The notes under the pieces are model-generated. The model was not told where the DNA came from, made no database searches, and saw only the letters and a program-made list of their open reading frames with translations. Both the position numbers and the translations under genes were made by a program. A stretch of 64,000 bases of DNA from Carcharhinus longimanus (taxonomy: Eukaryota): the NCBI GenBank assembly GCA_030264375.1, contig JASCQW010000132.1:138363010-138427009 (forward strand). The letters run 5' to 3'. Shown here one piece after another: positions 38,772-51,264 of this stretch. Position 1 is the stretch's first letter. The number at the start of each line of letters is the position of its first letter.

Positions 38772-38902
38772 CGAATACAAGGAAAATATCCGAACTGTAG
38801 ATAAAGGTATTCAGGAAGTTGTTTCTGTCATTGAAGACTTCTACAGAAATGATAAGAAGACTGCCTTCATCTACACTTCTGATCATGGGATGACAGATTG
38901 GG
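38772..38902 (+). CDS. PIGN: PIGN coding exon 6
   Basis: [43 protein letters not shown] (TSDHGM motif); ttcag/GTAAGA; 131 nt. Confidence 0.97.
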
Positions 38903-40723
38903 GTAAGACCATTGATCTACACAAAAACATACATAAAGTTTACCCCTTAACCTTAAACTATGACCCCTAGTTCTGGACTCCTGCTGGATAATAGTATATA
39001 GTTTATAGCCCATTGACATTTATTTTTCTATTAAGTAATAGATGGTGTCAGTTTGCCAAAGATGAAACAAAGAAACAAAGAACAACCCAGCACGGGAAAC
39101 AGGCCCTTCGGCCCAATGAGCCCGCACCGCCATTTCAACAAAGCATTTTCCTACACCTACCCTGCCCCGTGTGTATGTGAATGGTACCCCTAATNNNNNN
39201 NNNNNNNNNNNNNNNNNNNNNNNNNNNNNNNNNNNNNNNNNNNNNNNNNNNNNNNNNNNNNNNNNNNNNNNNNNNNNNNNNNNNNNNNNNNNNNGTAGAC
39301 AGACTTGTGGTCACTGTTAGCCACATGTTCGCCTACCTCAACCTCAACCACCTGCCCCGGCTCATTACCCACGTAATGAGGCTGCACCTCTACGTGACAC
39401 TGGGAGTGTGATGTTATTACTCTAGACTTTTTATGTTGTCACTTATTATGCGACCATCAATCTGCTGATGTTCTGAATACTTAGCCAATAGATTGCATCT
39501 GCCGTGAATTGGCGCAGCACCAATGTGCTTACTGGGCAATGGCAGATATCTTTGTAAAGGATAAAATGTAACTCCTGCCACCAAAGAGGATCAGTTGTGT
39601 TTGTCCATTTGACATTCATTCCATGTGCGGTTTTTCCCACTGCTGACACCATTATTTTGATCTGTTGTTCTCTTCTCCTTGTCACCTTCTCGCCACCTCC
39701 CTAATTCTCGCCCTCAGTCCCACTTACCGCCCCTTTCCCGAGCCCCCTCCATCCCTCTCCCCAATCCTTGCCGCCCTTTTGAACCCACTCACCTCCCACT
39801 AGCTACCCCTTCCCTGACCTCTCACCAGCTATCCCTTTCCCAAGCCCTGGCCATCTCCCCCCCCATTGCCCCTCAAGTGGGCAGGGTGGTGAGGGATTAG
39901 GAGAGTGGCAGCGTGGCAAGGGCTGTGGAGAGGAGCGGGAGGCACCATGGGTTTAGGTTAGGGTGGCAGGCAGGCATATGCTCAAGGTAGGGATGATGGG
40001 AGTAGTGTTTCTTTTCCCAGCTGAGTTTGGTCAGTGCCATCTTTGGTGCAGACAGCTGCCTTGGACTTCGCCGAAAGTGATGTTGGAGGCATTGCAGTTG
40101 CAGGTGTAGCAAGTGCGCCCTCTACAGTTAAGGCATCGGCAAACTCACCCTAAAGCTGCACAGACTAATGGGCAAAGTGTTCTCCCTAGCAGGAAGGAAT
40201 ATCCAAGAAACCCATATTACCAGGTAAATAATTGCACTAAATGGCCCATGAAGCAGAGTCAGCCAGCCTGAATTGGGTGGAAGGGTAGGTTCCTGACCTG
40301 TACAAACCTAGGATTTGTGGGTGGGTTGAGGAAGTAGCATTGGTAAGGTGACTTGAAGCGAAAGTGGTGTTGGGTGTCCCACCAATGTCCATTTACCTCT
40401 TGTCAATTTATTAGACGCTACCATGTTTCCTGGTGGGAACAATAACTGCCCAAAGCGTGGGTGGGGAGTTTGGGGGGTGGGCTGGGAGGAGGTGGAGGTG
40501 GGAGGGGGCAACTGTTAACAGGAAGCAGCAATAATTGGCCTGACTCTCAACGGTGAGATTTCTCCATAAAATAACCTTCTTGCCCAGCTGCTGAGCAAAG
40601 TCTGTAGGGAGAAACAAAGTGACACCCTAGAAAAAGTAATGCACTGTGTATATGTGTGTGTGCAAAAAATGCAGAGGACCATTTTTCCTAAATGTCTAAT
40701 CACTAAATTTCTTTGCTTTACAG

Positions 40724-40840
40724 GTTCACATGGTGCAGGCCACCCCTCAGAAACCCTCACCCCCTTGGTCGCCTGGGGAGCTGGAGTGAACGGACCGCTG
40801 GCTGGCTCAGGCCAAGAGTTTCAGGATAATTTTCTGCAGG
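40724..40840 (+). CDS. PIGN: PIGN coding exon 7
   Basis: [39 protein letters not shown]; tacag/GTATAT; 117 nt. Confidence 0.96.
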
Positions 40841-41100
40841 GTATATTCCTATAATTTCTCATTTATGAGCATCATACACCTCCACTCACAACTGTAACAA
40901 AAAAACTTTGAGAAACTATTTACTAAATTACGTTTAAAAAAACATATGATTGCATTGCCATTTCATCTCTTCACCATTTTAATAAAGGGGGAACTACTCT
41001 GATCGGGTTATTCAGACTCAAGATGGTAATCAGAGAGAGGAGTTACAGGAGAGTCTGTTCCTGAGGCAGTTTCCAACTTCACTCACTAGAAATGTGCTAA

Positions 41101-41599
41101 GGGCAGCACAGTGGCACAGACGTTAGCACTGCTGCCTCACAATGCCAGAGACCCGGGTTCGATTCCCATCTTGGGTCACTGTCTGTGCAGAGTTTGCATG
41201 TTTTCCTTGTGTCTATATAGGTTTAAGAANNNNNNNNNNNNNNNNNNNNNNNNNNNNNNNNNNNNNNNNNNNNNNNNNNNNNNNNNNNNNNNNNNNNNNN
41301 NNNNNNNNNNNNNNNNNNNNNNNNNNNNNAATTTGCTTTTCCACTCATCTTTGTGTCATCAGCAAATTTCGTCATCCTACACTCAGCCCCCTCCTCCAGA
41401 TCATCTGTATAATTTTCTATATAAGTTTCCTCCGAGTGCTCCAGTTTCCTCACACAGTCTGAAAGATGTGCTGGTTAGGTGTGTTGGCAGTGCTAAATTC
41501 CCCCTCAGTGTACCTGAACTGGCGCCGGAGTGTGGCGTCTAGGGGATTTTCACAGTGACTTCATTGCAGTGTTAATATAAGCCTACTTGTGACAATAAT
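41101..41599 (+). mobile_element. HE1/V-SINE-type SINE (alternative tail) split by an antisense CR1 insertion (41225-41415)
   Basis: SINE halves rejoin across TSD TCTATATA(G/A)GTTT; the insert encodes DDLEEGAECRMTKFADDTKMSG on the - strand. Confidence 0.88.
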
Positions 41600-41693
41600 A
41601 AATAAACTTTAAACTTTAACATTCGAGGTTGCAGGGTTGGGGAAGAATCAAAGATTATTTTGGTGTACATCTAAAATTTTTTTTTTTTTGCAG

Positions 41694-41734
41694 AATGGAA
41701 ACTAAATGACTGGAAGAGATTTGATGTAAATCAG
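41694..41734 (+). CDS. PIGN: PIGN coding exon 8
   Basis: EWKLNDWKRFDVNQ; poly-T tract + gcag/GTAAAA; 41 nt; phase fits both neighbours. Confidence 0.95.
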
Positions 41735-42785
41735 GTAAAAACGCTTAACTTGCTCAGGGTTTGAAATTACATTTTAAATATCACCACAGAAGAAAAAAAA
41801 TACAATTTTTTTTAGGCTCTGAAAATCCAAGTACTAAGATATTAACTCTTCAGCAGAAGAAAGGGGAACAAGGTCTGGCTATTCTGCCTCTCTCGGGACC
41901 AAGAGAGCAAAATGGTGTTGCTCCTGACCATTTTGCCTATCCTCTATTATTCGATAATTCTATGAATGAAAAAGAGCACTGTATACCTTGTACAGAAAAG
42001 CTGTGAATAGCATTTAACCATTAAGTGAACATGATGACTGTTACACTAGCTCACAAAAACTTTCATTTTACTGGAATCTGTCAAGTAATTATTTTTTCAA
42101 AGTGCAAATCTTTTGATGCGTTTACCAACTAAATCTCTAATGTATCCAGTTAATATTTCAAAATATTGTTTTCTTAGGAATTACAGTAAAGCTTGACTGG
42201 TTGAAAATATTTATAATTTTCCTTTTATCTCCTCTTCTGGACCTCATTTTCAATCCCTACCTAAAACCGGTTTTATTTGTAATTTCTTAGTGAAGAATGA
42301 TTGGCACACCAGTGCTCTGAATTCAGTGTAGGTGTTGCTCCTGACCATTTTGCCAGTATACATACTGCCTGGTGGTGCAGGACTTCACACCGGCTGTTTG
42401 GTTGTAGATCCATGACAAATGCCCATGTAGTCGGCCCCGGTCAAAGGTGGGCACCACTGAAGTGAAAAATGCTTCCTGAGGAAGAGAATGAAAGTTTTAC
42501 GGACACTATTCCAGCAGCTCATGATGGGTGAATTTGGCATCAGCAACACATTTTCAAACCAGTCTCTGCTTACGCTCTTGATTGGCAAGTTGGGAAACAG
42601 CAATGATCTGTTAATTTTCATCATCTAATTTGTCTTCTGAATGGTAATATCAGCTTCAATCATAATTATTTAACAGAATTATTTAAATGTTGGATTTTTG
42701 AAAAAACTGTGGGGGTTTACGTTACTTCATTAGTTCTGTTCACCACAAGAAGTTACAACTAATTGTTTCTGTTTTGCTTGCATAG

Positions 42786-42845
42786 GCTGATATAGCTCCA
42801 CTGATGGCTGCTCTCATTGGGATTCCCTTCCCTCTAAATTCTGTG
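42786..42845 (+). CDS. PIGN: PIGN coding exon 9
   Basis: ADIAPLMAALIGIPFPLNSV; catag/GTAAGC; 60 nt. Confidence 0.97.
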
Positions 42846-43284
42846 GTAAGCTAATATTTTGTGTTCATTTCTTAAAGAGGTAGACACTACAAAATCGGAC
42901 TCGCAAATAAGTGTGATTTGCTTTTGTATTTCTGTGATAATTAGGGCTGATTCATATGAGGCTCTGTCAGCAGCCCAGAACCTTACTGATGGCAGATATG
43001 AGCCAAAAAAATGAGGTGTGCAACTTCGGGTGTCCAATATCTCCGACATGCGATTTCAGGAGACAGAATCCTGTCATGTTACAAGCAATGGGTTGGGTCT
43101 CGCGCTAAATTTAATGTTTTGGATTGGTTCCAATCTCCCATCGCCTGCAGTCTTCTGTCTCACCCTAGACACACCCCCTGTCAAAGAGGATCGTCAAAGA
43201 GGATTGGTCAGGAGACAACAGACGTTCATGGATTTGGGCCTTTGTTAAGCAACCAGCAGTGAAAGGAATTTGTTTTGATTCCGA

Positions 43285-44775
43285 TCATAAGAACATGCAA
43301 ATTAGGTTCAAGAGGAGGCTACTTATGGCTGTTCCACCATTAAGATCCTGGCTGATCTAATATAACCTCAACTCCACATTCCCACCTACCCTCAATAACT
43401 TTCACCCTCTTGCTTATCAAGAATCTATCTAACTCCGCCTTTAAAAATGTTGAAAGATTCTGCTTCTACCCTACTTTTAAGAAAGGAGTATCAAAGACTC
43501 AGGATCCTCGGAGAGAAATTAGCCCTCCTTGTCTGTCTTATAGGCAACCCTCCTTTTTTTATGGTGAATCCTAGTTCTAGATTCTCCCACGACAGGTAAT
43601 ATCCTTTGCATATACACTCTGTCAAGATCAGATGACTATAGGGGCAGAATTAGGCCACTCAGCCCATCGAGCCTGCTCTGCCATTCAATCATGGCTAATA
43701 TTTTTCTCATCCCCATTATCCTGCCTTTTCCCCATTACCCCGATCCCCTTATTGACCAAGAACCTATCAATTTCTGTCTTAAAGACACTCAATGACCAGG
43801 CCTCTACAGTCTTTTGCGACAAAGAGTTCCACAGATTCACCACTCTCTGCTGAAGAAATTCATCTTCGTCTCCCTTTTAAAGGATCGTCCCTTTAGCCTG
43901 AGGTTATGCCCTCTGGTTCTAGTTTTTCCCACTAGTGGAAACATCCTCTCCACATCCACCCTATCCAGGCCTTGCAATATCCTGTAAATTCCAATAAGAT
44001 CCCTCCTTGTCCTTCTAAACTCCAACGAGTATAGACCCAGAGTCCTCAAACATTCCTCATATGACAAACTCTTCATTCCAGGGATCAGTGAACCTCTGCT
44101 GGACCCTTTCCAAGGCTAGCACATCCTTAGATATGGGACCCAAAACTGCTCAAGATCCTTCAACATTTTGTGTCCACATCAAGTTGCCTCTTACTGTTCT
44201 AAACTCCAGTGGATACAAGTTTAGACTGTTCAGCCTTTCTTAGAAGACATCCTGCCCATTTCAGGTATCAATCTAGTAAACCTTCTCTGTACTGCTTATA
44301 ACGCATTTGCATCTTTCCTTAAGTACGGAGGCCAAAACTGTGCACAGTACTCATGACGTGTTCTCACCAGTGTCCTGTATAATAGAAGCATAACATTTCC
44401 ACTCTTAAAATCAGTTTCCCTTGCAATAACTAATAATATTTTATTTGCTTACCTAATTACTTGTTCTACCTGTGTGTTAACCTTTTGTCACTCATGCAAC
44501 TAGGGGACACCAAGATCCTTTTGCATCTCCAAGCTCTTTCATCTCACTGTTTAGACTATCTGCTATTTTAGTATACCTGCCAAAATAGATAATTTCATAT
44601 TTCCCCCACATTATGTTCCATTTGCCAGATTTTTGCCCACTTACTTAACCTATCTACATCCCTTTGTAACCCCCTTATATTCTCTTAACAACTTACTTTC
44701 CTATCTATCTTTGGGAACATCAGTCTTTTATATAAATTTTAAAAACCTAAGGCCCGTGGCATACCACTCGTTACG
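43285..44775 (-). mobile_element. Old CR1 remnant containing a younger CR1 (43630-44149)
   Basis: LGLYSLEFRRTRRDLI...TRGHNLRL; TSD TCAAGATC 43622-43629 / 44150-44157. Confidence 0.85.
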
Positions 44776-45656
44776 TCTAACATGATACACGCCACCATTC
44801 ATCTCAAAATGAACAAACAAAAAGAAAGAAGTAATGGAAATCTGGAGAAAACACCCCCAGAAAATGCTGGAAAACACACAGCTGTCCGTCAGCGTCTTTA
44901 TAAAGAGAAAAGAGAAGTTAATGCTTTGGTAGCACCCACAAAGAGAAAAGATACCAGTGCCTCAGGTGCACGCCTGTGATGTGTGTTCCACAAAGCTCCA
45001 TAATAACTACTTAATTTTCTGCAACCCAATCAATAAAGTAGACACCAAACAGTAAATGTGTAAGCCTGCGGTCGGTTACTCAACCTTTAGGTAAGTCTCT
45101 CTAACACTTTTGCCATTTATCAGGATATGCTCATCAGCTGCCTTCAGCAGAACTGCTTTTTTTGCAAACTAGTCAACAAAGGTAGACACCACACCCTGAA
45201 TGTTCTAAGGCTGTGGTGTCATATCCAACCTCTAAATAATACCTTCCAGCCCAAATCTTTGCAGAATTTCCTCATCAGCTTTACAATGGATATTTACCTT
45301 TGACACACTGAAAGGAATGAGGCAAGGCAACTTCCTCACTTTTGTCTTGAGATAAAAACTGACATTCTGTTTGTCTTTTTAAAATGACCTTTTGTATCTG
45401 TGTACGACCTTTAAATGATCTAATGCGTGTGAATATCCAAGTACTTTTGGTCCTCCACATCTCATCATTAGGAAAATATTTTGATTTGACATTTTCGGAT
45501 CATATGTGGATGACATGCTATCTGTTGGTGTTGCACTCCTGTTGCCCACTCACTTTGGTTTTTCAGTATCATTTCTGTTTTCAATTGCCTCTGAACTTGG
45601 TGTTGTCTGCAAACTTGGATATACAATCTCCATTGCTGCAAACAAGCCATTAACCT

Positions 45657-46018
45657 GGGGAGGCAATGGCCTAGTGGTATTATTGCTAGACTGTTAATCC
45701 AGAAGCTCAGTTAATGTTCTGGGGTCCTGGGTTCAAATCCTGCCACAGCAGCTTGGTGGAATTTGAATTCAATAAAAAATATCTGGAATTAAGAGTCTAC
45801 TGGTGACCATGAAATCATTGCCAATTGTCAGAAAAATCCATTTGGTTCACTAATTTCCTTTAGAGAAGGAAATCTGCCGCCCTTACCTGGTCTAGGCTAC
45901 ATGTGACTACAGAGCCAAAGCAATGCGGGTGACTCTCAACTGCCCTTGGGCATCTAGGGATGGGCAATAAATGCTGGCCAGCGAGTGATGCCCATGTCCT
46001 GCGAATGAATAAAAAGAA
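45657..46018 (+). mobile_element. Second tRNA-derived SINE family, tail GGGATGGGCAATAAATGCTGGCC
   Basis: A box TGGCCTAGTGG, B box GGTTCAAATCC; tail shared with the LINE ends at ~17720-17790 and ~53275-53335. Confidence 0.8.
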
Positions 46019-46254
46019 AAGTGAAAAACTGGAGTATAGATTTTTGGAGAACACCCCCGCATTTGCTAGTCAGAGAACAGCCTTTATCCCAAATTCCCAC
46101 CGTTCCCAATCAGTTATAGAAACATAGAAATTAGAAGCAGGAGTAGGCCATGGCCCTTCGAGTCAGATTCCGCCATTCATTTTGACCATGACTGATCATC
46201 AAATTCAAACCAAACCAATTATCAAACCATATTACAAGATTTAATACTTTGGTT

Positions 46255-46652
46255 CCAGCTGTGACTCAGGTGGTAGCAGTAAATAAATCAGAGAGATTGT
46301 GCGTCCCAGGACTTTTGGAACTTGAGCAGAAAGTCATTGAAAGAGATGTTAAGAGATGTTCACCCTATTAAAAGAGATGTTAAGATGTGGCCTTGTCTAC
46401 CTTCACGGGTGACTGTGAAACATTCCATGGCACTGTTTTGAAGAAGAGCAAAGGAGGGCGTTATCCTCCATGTTCTCACCAATATTTATCATTCAATCAA
46501 CATCTGGTCCAATTACATTGCTGTTGTGAACATTCTCCGGCTGCTGCATTTCCTACATTACCACAGTGGCTGCATTTCAAAAGATTCTTTGTTGGCAGCA
46601 AAATTCTTTGGAATGTCCTGAGATCCTGAATGCCACATTAGAAATGCAAATG
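46255..46652 (+). mobile_element. DeuSINE/AmnSINE-like old SINE
   Basis: Head CAGCTGTGACTCAGGTGGTAGCA; tail TTTGGAATGTCCTGAG...AAATGCAAAT. Confidence 0.65.
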
Positions 46653-46679
46653 TTTTCTCCTACTTTTTGTCCGTGTACT

Positions 46680-46842
46680 TTACCCATTGACTGTTCTGCC
46701 CAGTTTACTAAGGTCCATTTATTTCTCGCCTCACCCTACCCTTTCCTTCTCTATATACTCTATGAATGGTATGTTTTGTCCATACAGCGCATAAGAAACG
46801 ATACTTTCCATTGCATATGTGACAACAATAATCAAATCAAAG
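46680..46842 (+). mobile_element. LINE 3' tail (Rex/Babar-like); reverse copies at ~5445-5582 and ~53955-54210
   Basis: Shared CTCTATGAA.GGTAT...ATGTGACAA..AATCAAAT tail in three places; clade assignment is tentative. Confidence 0.55.
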
Positions 46843-47784
46843 TGTATTCCGTAATACTTTCTGTGCAGCTATTAGTCATGTAAAATGTCTTGGCTATCAC
46901 TTGCTGGGTGGCATAAACCCTTTCTAAACATGATCTCAACTGGGACCCGGAGCATCTATGTGCAGTACCCTCACTGACGAGCAAGTCCAAGCAAAGTTTG
47001 TGGCGTCTGTTGATTTGTAAAAACAATCTACTTGATAAGTGCTACAAAACCAGATCATTCTTTTGAATGGACTCTGGTCCTTGCTGTCATTAGTGCGAGT
47101 TTTAGCCAGAACAAATATTGTGCTTAGACCAACTCTCTTTGGTATTAACTGGCCTGTCTTCACCATGGAGCGAAGTGACACACTGACAGAAATAGTTCAG
47201 GCAATACCATCAATGCTTGATGCCAAAGGGGGGAAAATAGTATCATCAGCTTTTAGACCTTGCTGTGTTGAAAAGAAAGAAAAGTCATAAATAGCCCAAT
47301 AATGACTTATTTTCTACTTTATAAACCTTGATTTTCTCCTCCTGCATGTAAAGGGTGCTGTCATTCAAAGAATCAAAAAGGCTTTTGAGGGGAGGCTGTG
47401 TAACATTTAATAATGTAAGAATGTGCCAAATTAAGTTCATATGAAATTGACGATTATACAGAATTGACAGGTAGGAAGAGACCAGCTGCTCCATCAAGCC
47501 TGTTATAAATTAGAAGACTGCTCATCTTTATCTCATGATGGACAAAATTATATGGTTTATTTCTAAATTATTTAACTTAAAGTGGATTAGCAATGTCAAC
47601 TGCATCTCTTTGTTTGTTTATGTTACTAGAAAGAACTTTCGATGAGTTGTAATTCACCCACACTATAAATTCATAAGACCACATCCTATTCAAAAATATA
47701 AAATGCAGTATGAAGTCTGACAGCTGTCCTGTTTAGACAATGTACCTAATTTCTTTATTTTGTCTATAATTTGTTTCATGTTAT

Positions 47785-48298
47785 TATAGAAAGGATATTA
47801 TTAAATTAGAAAGAGTGCAGAAAAGATTTACTAGGATGCAATTGGGACTTGATGGTTTGAGTTGTAAGGAGAGGCTGGACAGACTGGGACTTTTTTCTCT
47901 GGAGCGTAGGAGACTGAGGGGTGATCTTATAGTGGTTTATGAAATAATGAGGGTGATAGATCAGCTAGATAGTGAATATCTTTTCCCAAAGATAGGGGAG
48001 TCTAAAACTAGAGGGCATAGGTTTAAAGTGAGAGGGAAGAGATCCAAAAGGATCCAGAGAGACAATTTTTTCATACAGAGGGTGATAAGTGTCTGGAACA
48101 AGCTGCCAGAGGTAGTAGTAGAGATGGGTACAATTTTGTCTTTTAAAAAGCATTCTGACTGTTACACTGGGTAATATGGGTATAGAGGGATATGAGCCAA
48201 ATGTGGGCAATGGAGACTAGCTTAGAGTTTAAAAAAAAGGGCAGCATGGACAAGTTGGGCCGAGGGGCCTGTTTCCAAGCTGTAAGCCTCCGTAACTC
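47785..48298 (+). mobile_element. CR1 LINE 3' end
   Basis: VQKRFTRM...LGLFSLERRRLRGDLI...TRGHRFKV...QRVISVWNKLP. Confidence 0.92.
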
Positions 48299-48467
48299 AA
48301 ATTGTATTTTAAGGAAAATAAAGGCATTTTGTACTTAGAATGAATATAGCCCAAGTAAAATTATCTCTTAAATTGTTTTCAGAAATGCAATGTAACTTTC
48401 AAATATTTTGGATAATTCATTTTGTGTCTCATGCAACAATTTTTCATCGATGTTTTATTCCTGATAG

Positions 48468-48560
48468 GGCATTTTACCTTTGGAGTATTTAAACAACACC
48501 GACCAGTTCAAAGCTGAATGCATGCTAACAAATACCATGCAAATATTGGAACAATTTACG
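48468..48560 (+). CDS. PIGN: PIGN coding exon 10
   Basis: [31 protein letters not shown]; gatag/GTATGA; 93 nt. Confidence 0.96.
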
Positions 48561-48959
48561 GTATGAGCTTTGTTATTAGTATATATATCACCTTTCTTTA
48601 AAAAAATGATTACATATTTGCCTAAGTTTGCTGTTTTTGTGTATCTTAATCACCTTCTCAATCTTTTTGAAAATTTCTGTTCATGCTCATGATCTGAATT
48701 GTACCATTAAATAATTCAAAATTGCATATTAAATTTTCATACAACTTACTTTCGTGGGCATTCATTTGATTCTGGATCAAATTGGGCTGAAATGCAAGTC
48801 AAAATTGATGGACAGGATGTTGTTCATTACTTTTTATCTAGATCAACATGGTAGCTGAAATATTGCACAAGCTTTGGGATCACATCAGTATACTTTTAAT
48901 AATGAAAATAAGGTTCATGATTACCTGACTGGAATTTTGTCTGCTATGCCATTCCATTG

Positions 48960-49136
48960 TGGGTAAGATGGTTGTCATGATGTGGAGATGCTGGCGTTGG
49001 ACTGGGGTAAACACAGTAAGAAGTCTCACAACACCACGTTTAACCCAACAGGTTTATTTGGTAGTGGTTTTTGTTACCAACTAAACCTGTTGGACTTTAA
49101 TCTGATGTTGTGAGTCTTCTTACTGGGTAAAATGGT
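48960..49136. mobile_element. Penelope-type inverted repeat fragment (family A)
   Basis: Hairpin arms ~49016-49124; TSD-like TGGGTAA(G/A)ATGGT 48960-48972 / 49124-49136. Confidence 0.75.
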
Positions 49137-50366
49137 GGCAGGAAAATGTGACTGATGTAGATTTTCCATCCTGTGCCTTGCTGGGACTGGTGCTAACTGC
49201 CTCTAACCATTCAAGTAAATGTTGGTGGTGCATGAGGTTTGGTCTCCTCACTGGTTTGCCTCTCTTTTTCACCTTTTTCCTGCCACTTCCCAAATAGATG
49301 ATTCCAGGGTAGTGACATCAATGACCTCCATGTCCAAAGGAGGGAGAGAAAGTTTTGGAGAAACCTCTTTTTCCTCCGATTTGTTTTGCACCACCTTAGA
49401 ATCATAGAAGAATCATAGAAACCCTACACTGCAGAAAGAGGCCTTTTGGCCTATCGCATCAGCACCGACAACAATCCCACTCAGGATCTATCCGTGTAAA
49501 CCCACATGTTTACCCTGCTAATTCCTCTAACCTAAGCATTCCATTAGCTGGTCCCCATTTCTGCTTCCTGGAATGAGGCAATTCTACCCCTTTTTAAGGT
49601 CAATTGCCTTTTGCCTAGTGCTGAAATATTACCCTGTTAAATCTTTTCACAGTGCTACTTGGTAGCCTGTCTCTAGGCAGTGAGAATCCTGTGAGGTGCC
49701 GTCCCGCCTAAGCGATGAAGCTAACGTAGGGATGACCACTCAGCAGCATTAAGGGCAACCCAGTGACCTATGCTGTGCAATTCCTTCTCAACAGCGCCGC
49801 TGGCAATGTGCATTCTCGCCTGACCTTCCGTAGGGATTGTCTGGTCTCCTGCTGTAATGATCTAAATGACTGATGTTATGGCAAATGATTAGGGCAACTG
49901 AGAAAATTCCTGGACTCCTTGTTTAAGCTCTTCATTTTAACAAGAAATGTTATTGAGTTTATTGTGAAAGACCTGGTGAAGGATTGAAGTAAAATTGGAG
50001 ACGAGATTCAGTGAGGATGTAGTGATAATTCTTTGGACAAGACATTAAAGATTTAGGAGGAGGGTAAAATAGTCCATACTTTTAAAATCATGAGAAAGAT
50101 TGAGTTAGAACAGAAGACTCTAACTGTAAGCCTATCACAAAAAGTTTAATTTTGAACAATGTTTTGTCTTTCTGAATTTGTTTAATATGTCAAGGGTGTG
50201 ATGTGGAATTTAATAACATTCTAAGGAATTGAGAAATTAGCAAGGAAGGAGAAAAGCAAAGCATTTGTTTCATTTTTAGAACGTACAGCTTAAAGGCACA
50301 TTATTACAGTGACATTAATTTCATGATAGTAGTTACTCCTGACATCTTTTTGCAGTTTAAACACTG

Positions 50367-50762
50367 AAACATAGAAAATAAAAGCAGAACAAGGCCATTA
50401 GGCCCTTTGAGTCTGCTCCATCATTCATTTTGATCATGGCTGATCATCAAATTCAATGTCCTGATCCCCCTATATCCCTTGATCCTTTTGGTCCCAAGAG
50501 CTATGTCTAATTTTTTCTTGAAATCATATAATGCTTTGGCCTCAATTTCTTTCCGTGATAGTGAATTCCACACATTCACCACTCTCTGGGTGAAGAAATT
50601 TCTCCTCATCTCTGTCCTAAAATGTTTACCTCTTATCCTCAAAGTATGATCTTTAATTCTGGACTCTCCCACCATAGGGGAACATTCTTTCTGAATCTAT
50701 CCTGGCCAGTCCTGCTAGAATTTTATCTGTTTCTATGAGAGCCTCTCTCACTCGTGTAAACT
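50367..50762 (-). mobile_element. CR1 LINE 3' end
   Basis: FRTEMRRNFFTQRVVNVWNSL; GAAACATAGAAA tail. Confidence 0.88.
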
Positions 50763-51113
50763 TGCTGTTCTGTATTATCTTGAGTGTAATAGGACATTTC
50801 AAGGTGCTATGCAAAATTAAGGGTGGGAATGATTGACACGGAGTAATCATTGGGCAAGGTGAGTGATTGCATGCTGAGAGAGTTTGGCTTTAAGGAGAGT
50901 TTTCACGGTTGTGGAACAGTTGGCCATGCAAAGAAATTTGGGAACAAAGCTCCACAGTGTGAGCTGCCACAGGTAGAGAAATGTGAGAAAAATAAACGGT
51001 AGAATTATCATTAATATTAATGTGATTATGTAGCCTCGTAATGTGTGAATGCCAGAAAACCAATGGGCATGGAAATCCATGAACACTTGTTAAAGTTTTT
51101 AATTATTTTGCAG

Positions 51114-51169
51114 GTAAAGATGATTCACAAGAAAGAGACGACATTGTCCTTTTTGTTTAGTTCATTTAA
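51114..51169 (+). CDS. PIGN: PIGN coding exon 11 (last one found; gene continues)
   Basis: VKMIHKKETTLSFLFSSF; ttttgcag/GTAAGT; 56 nt. Confidence 0.94.
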
Positions 51170-51264
51170 GTAAGTCAATTCTGTTCTTTTCTTTAAGAGT
51201 TAATCTTAATTTATTGTTTCTATCATGTGAACGATGAAAATGAATTATTTGGTCTCCTTTGTTG

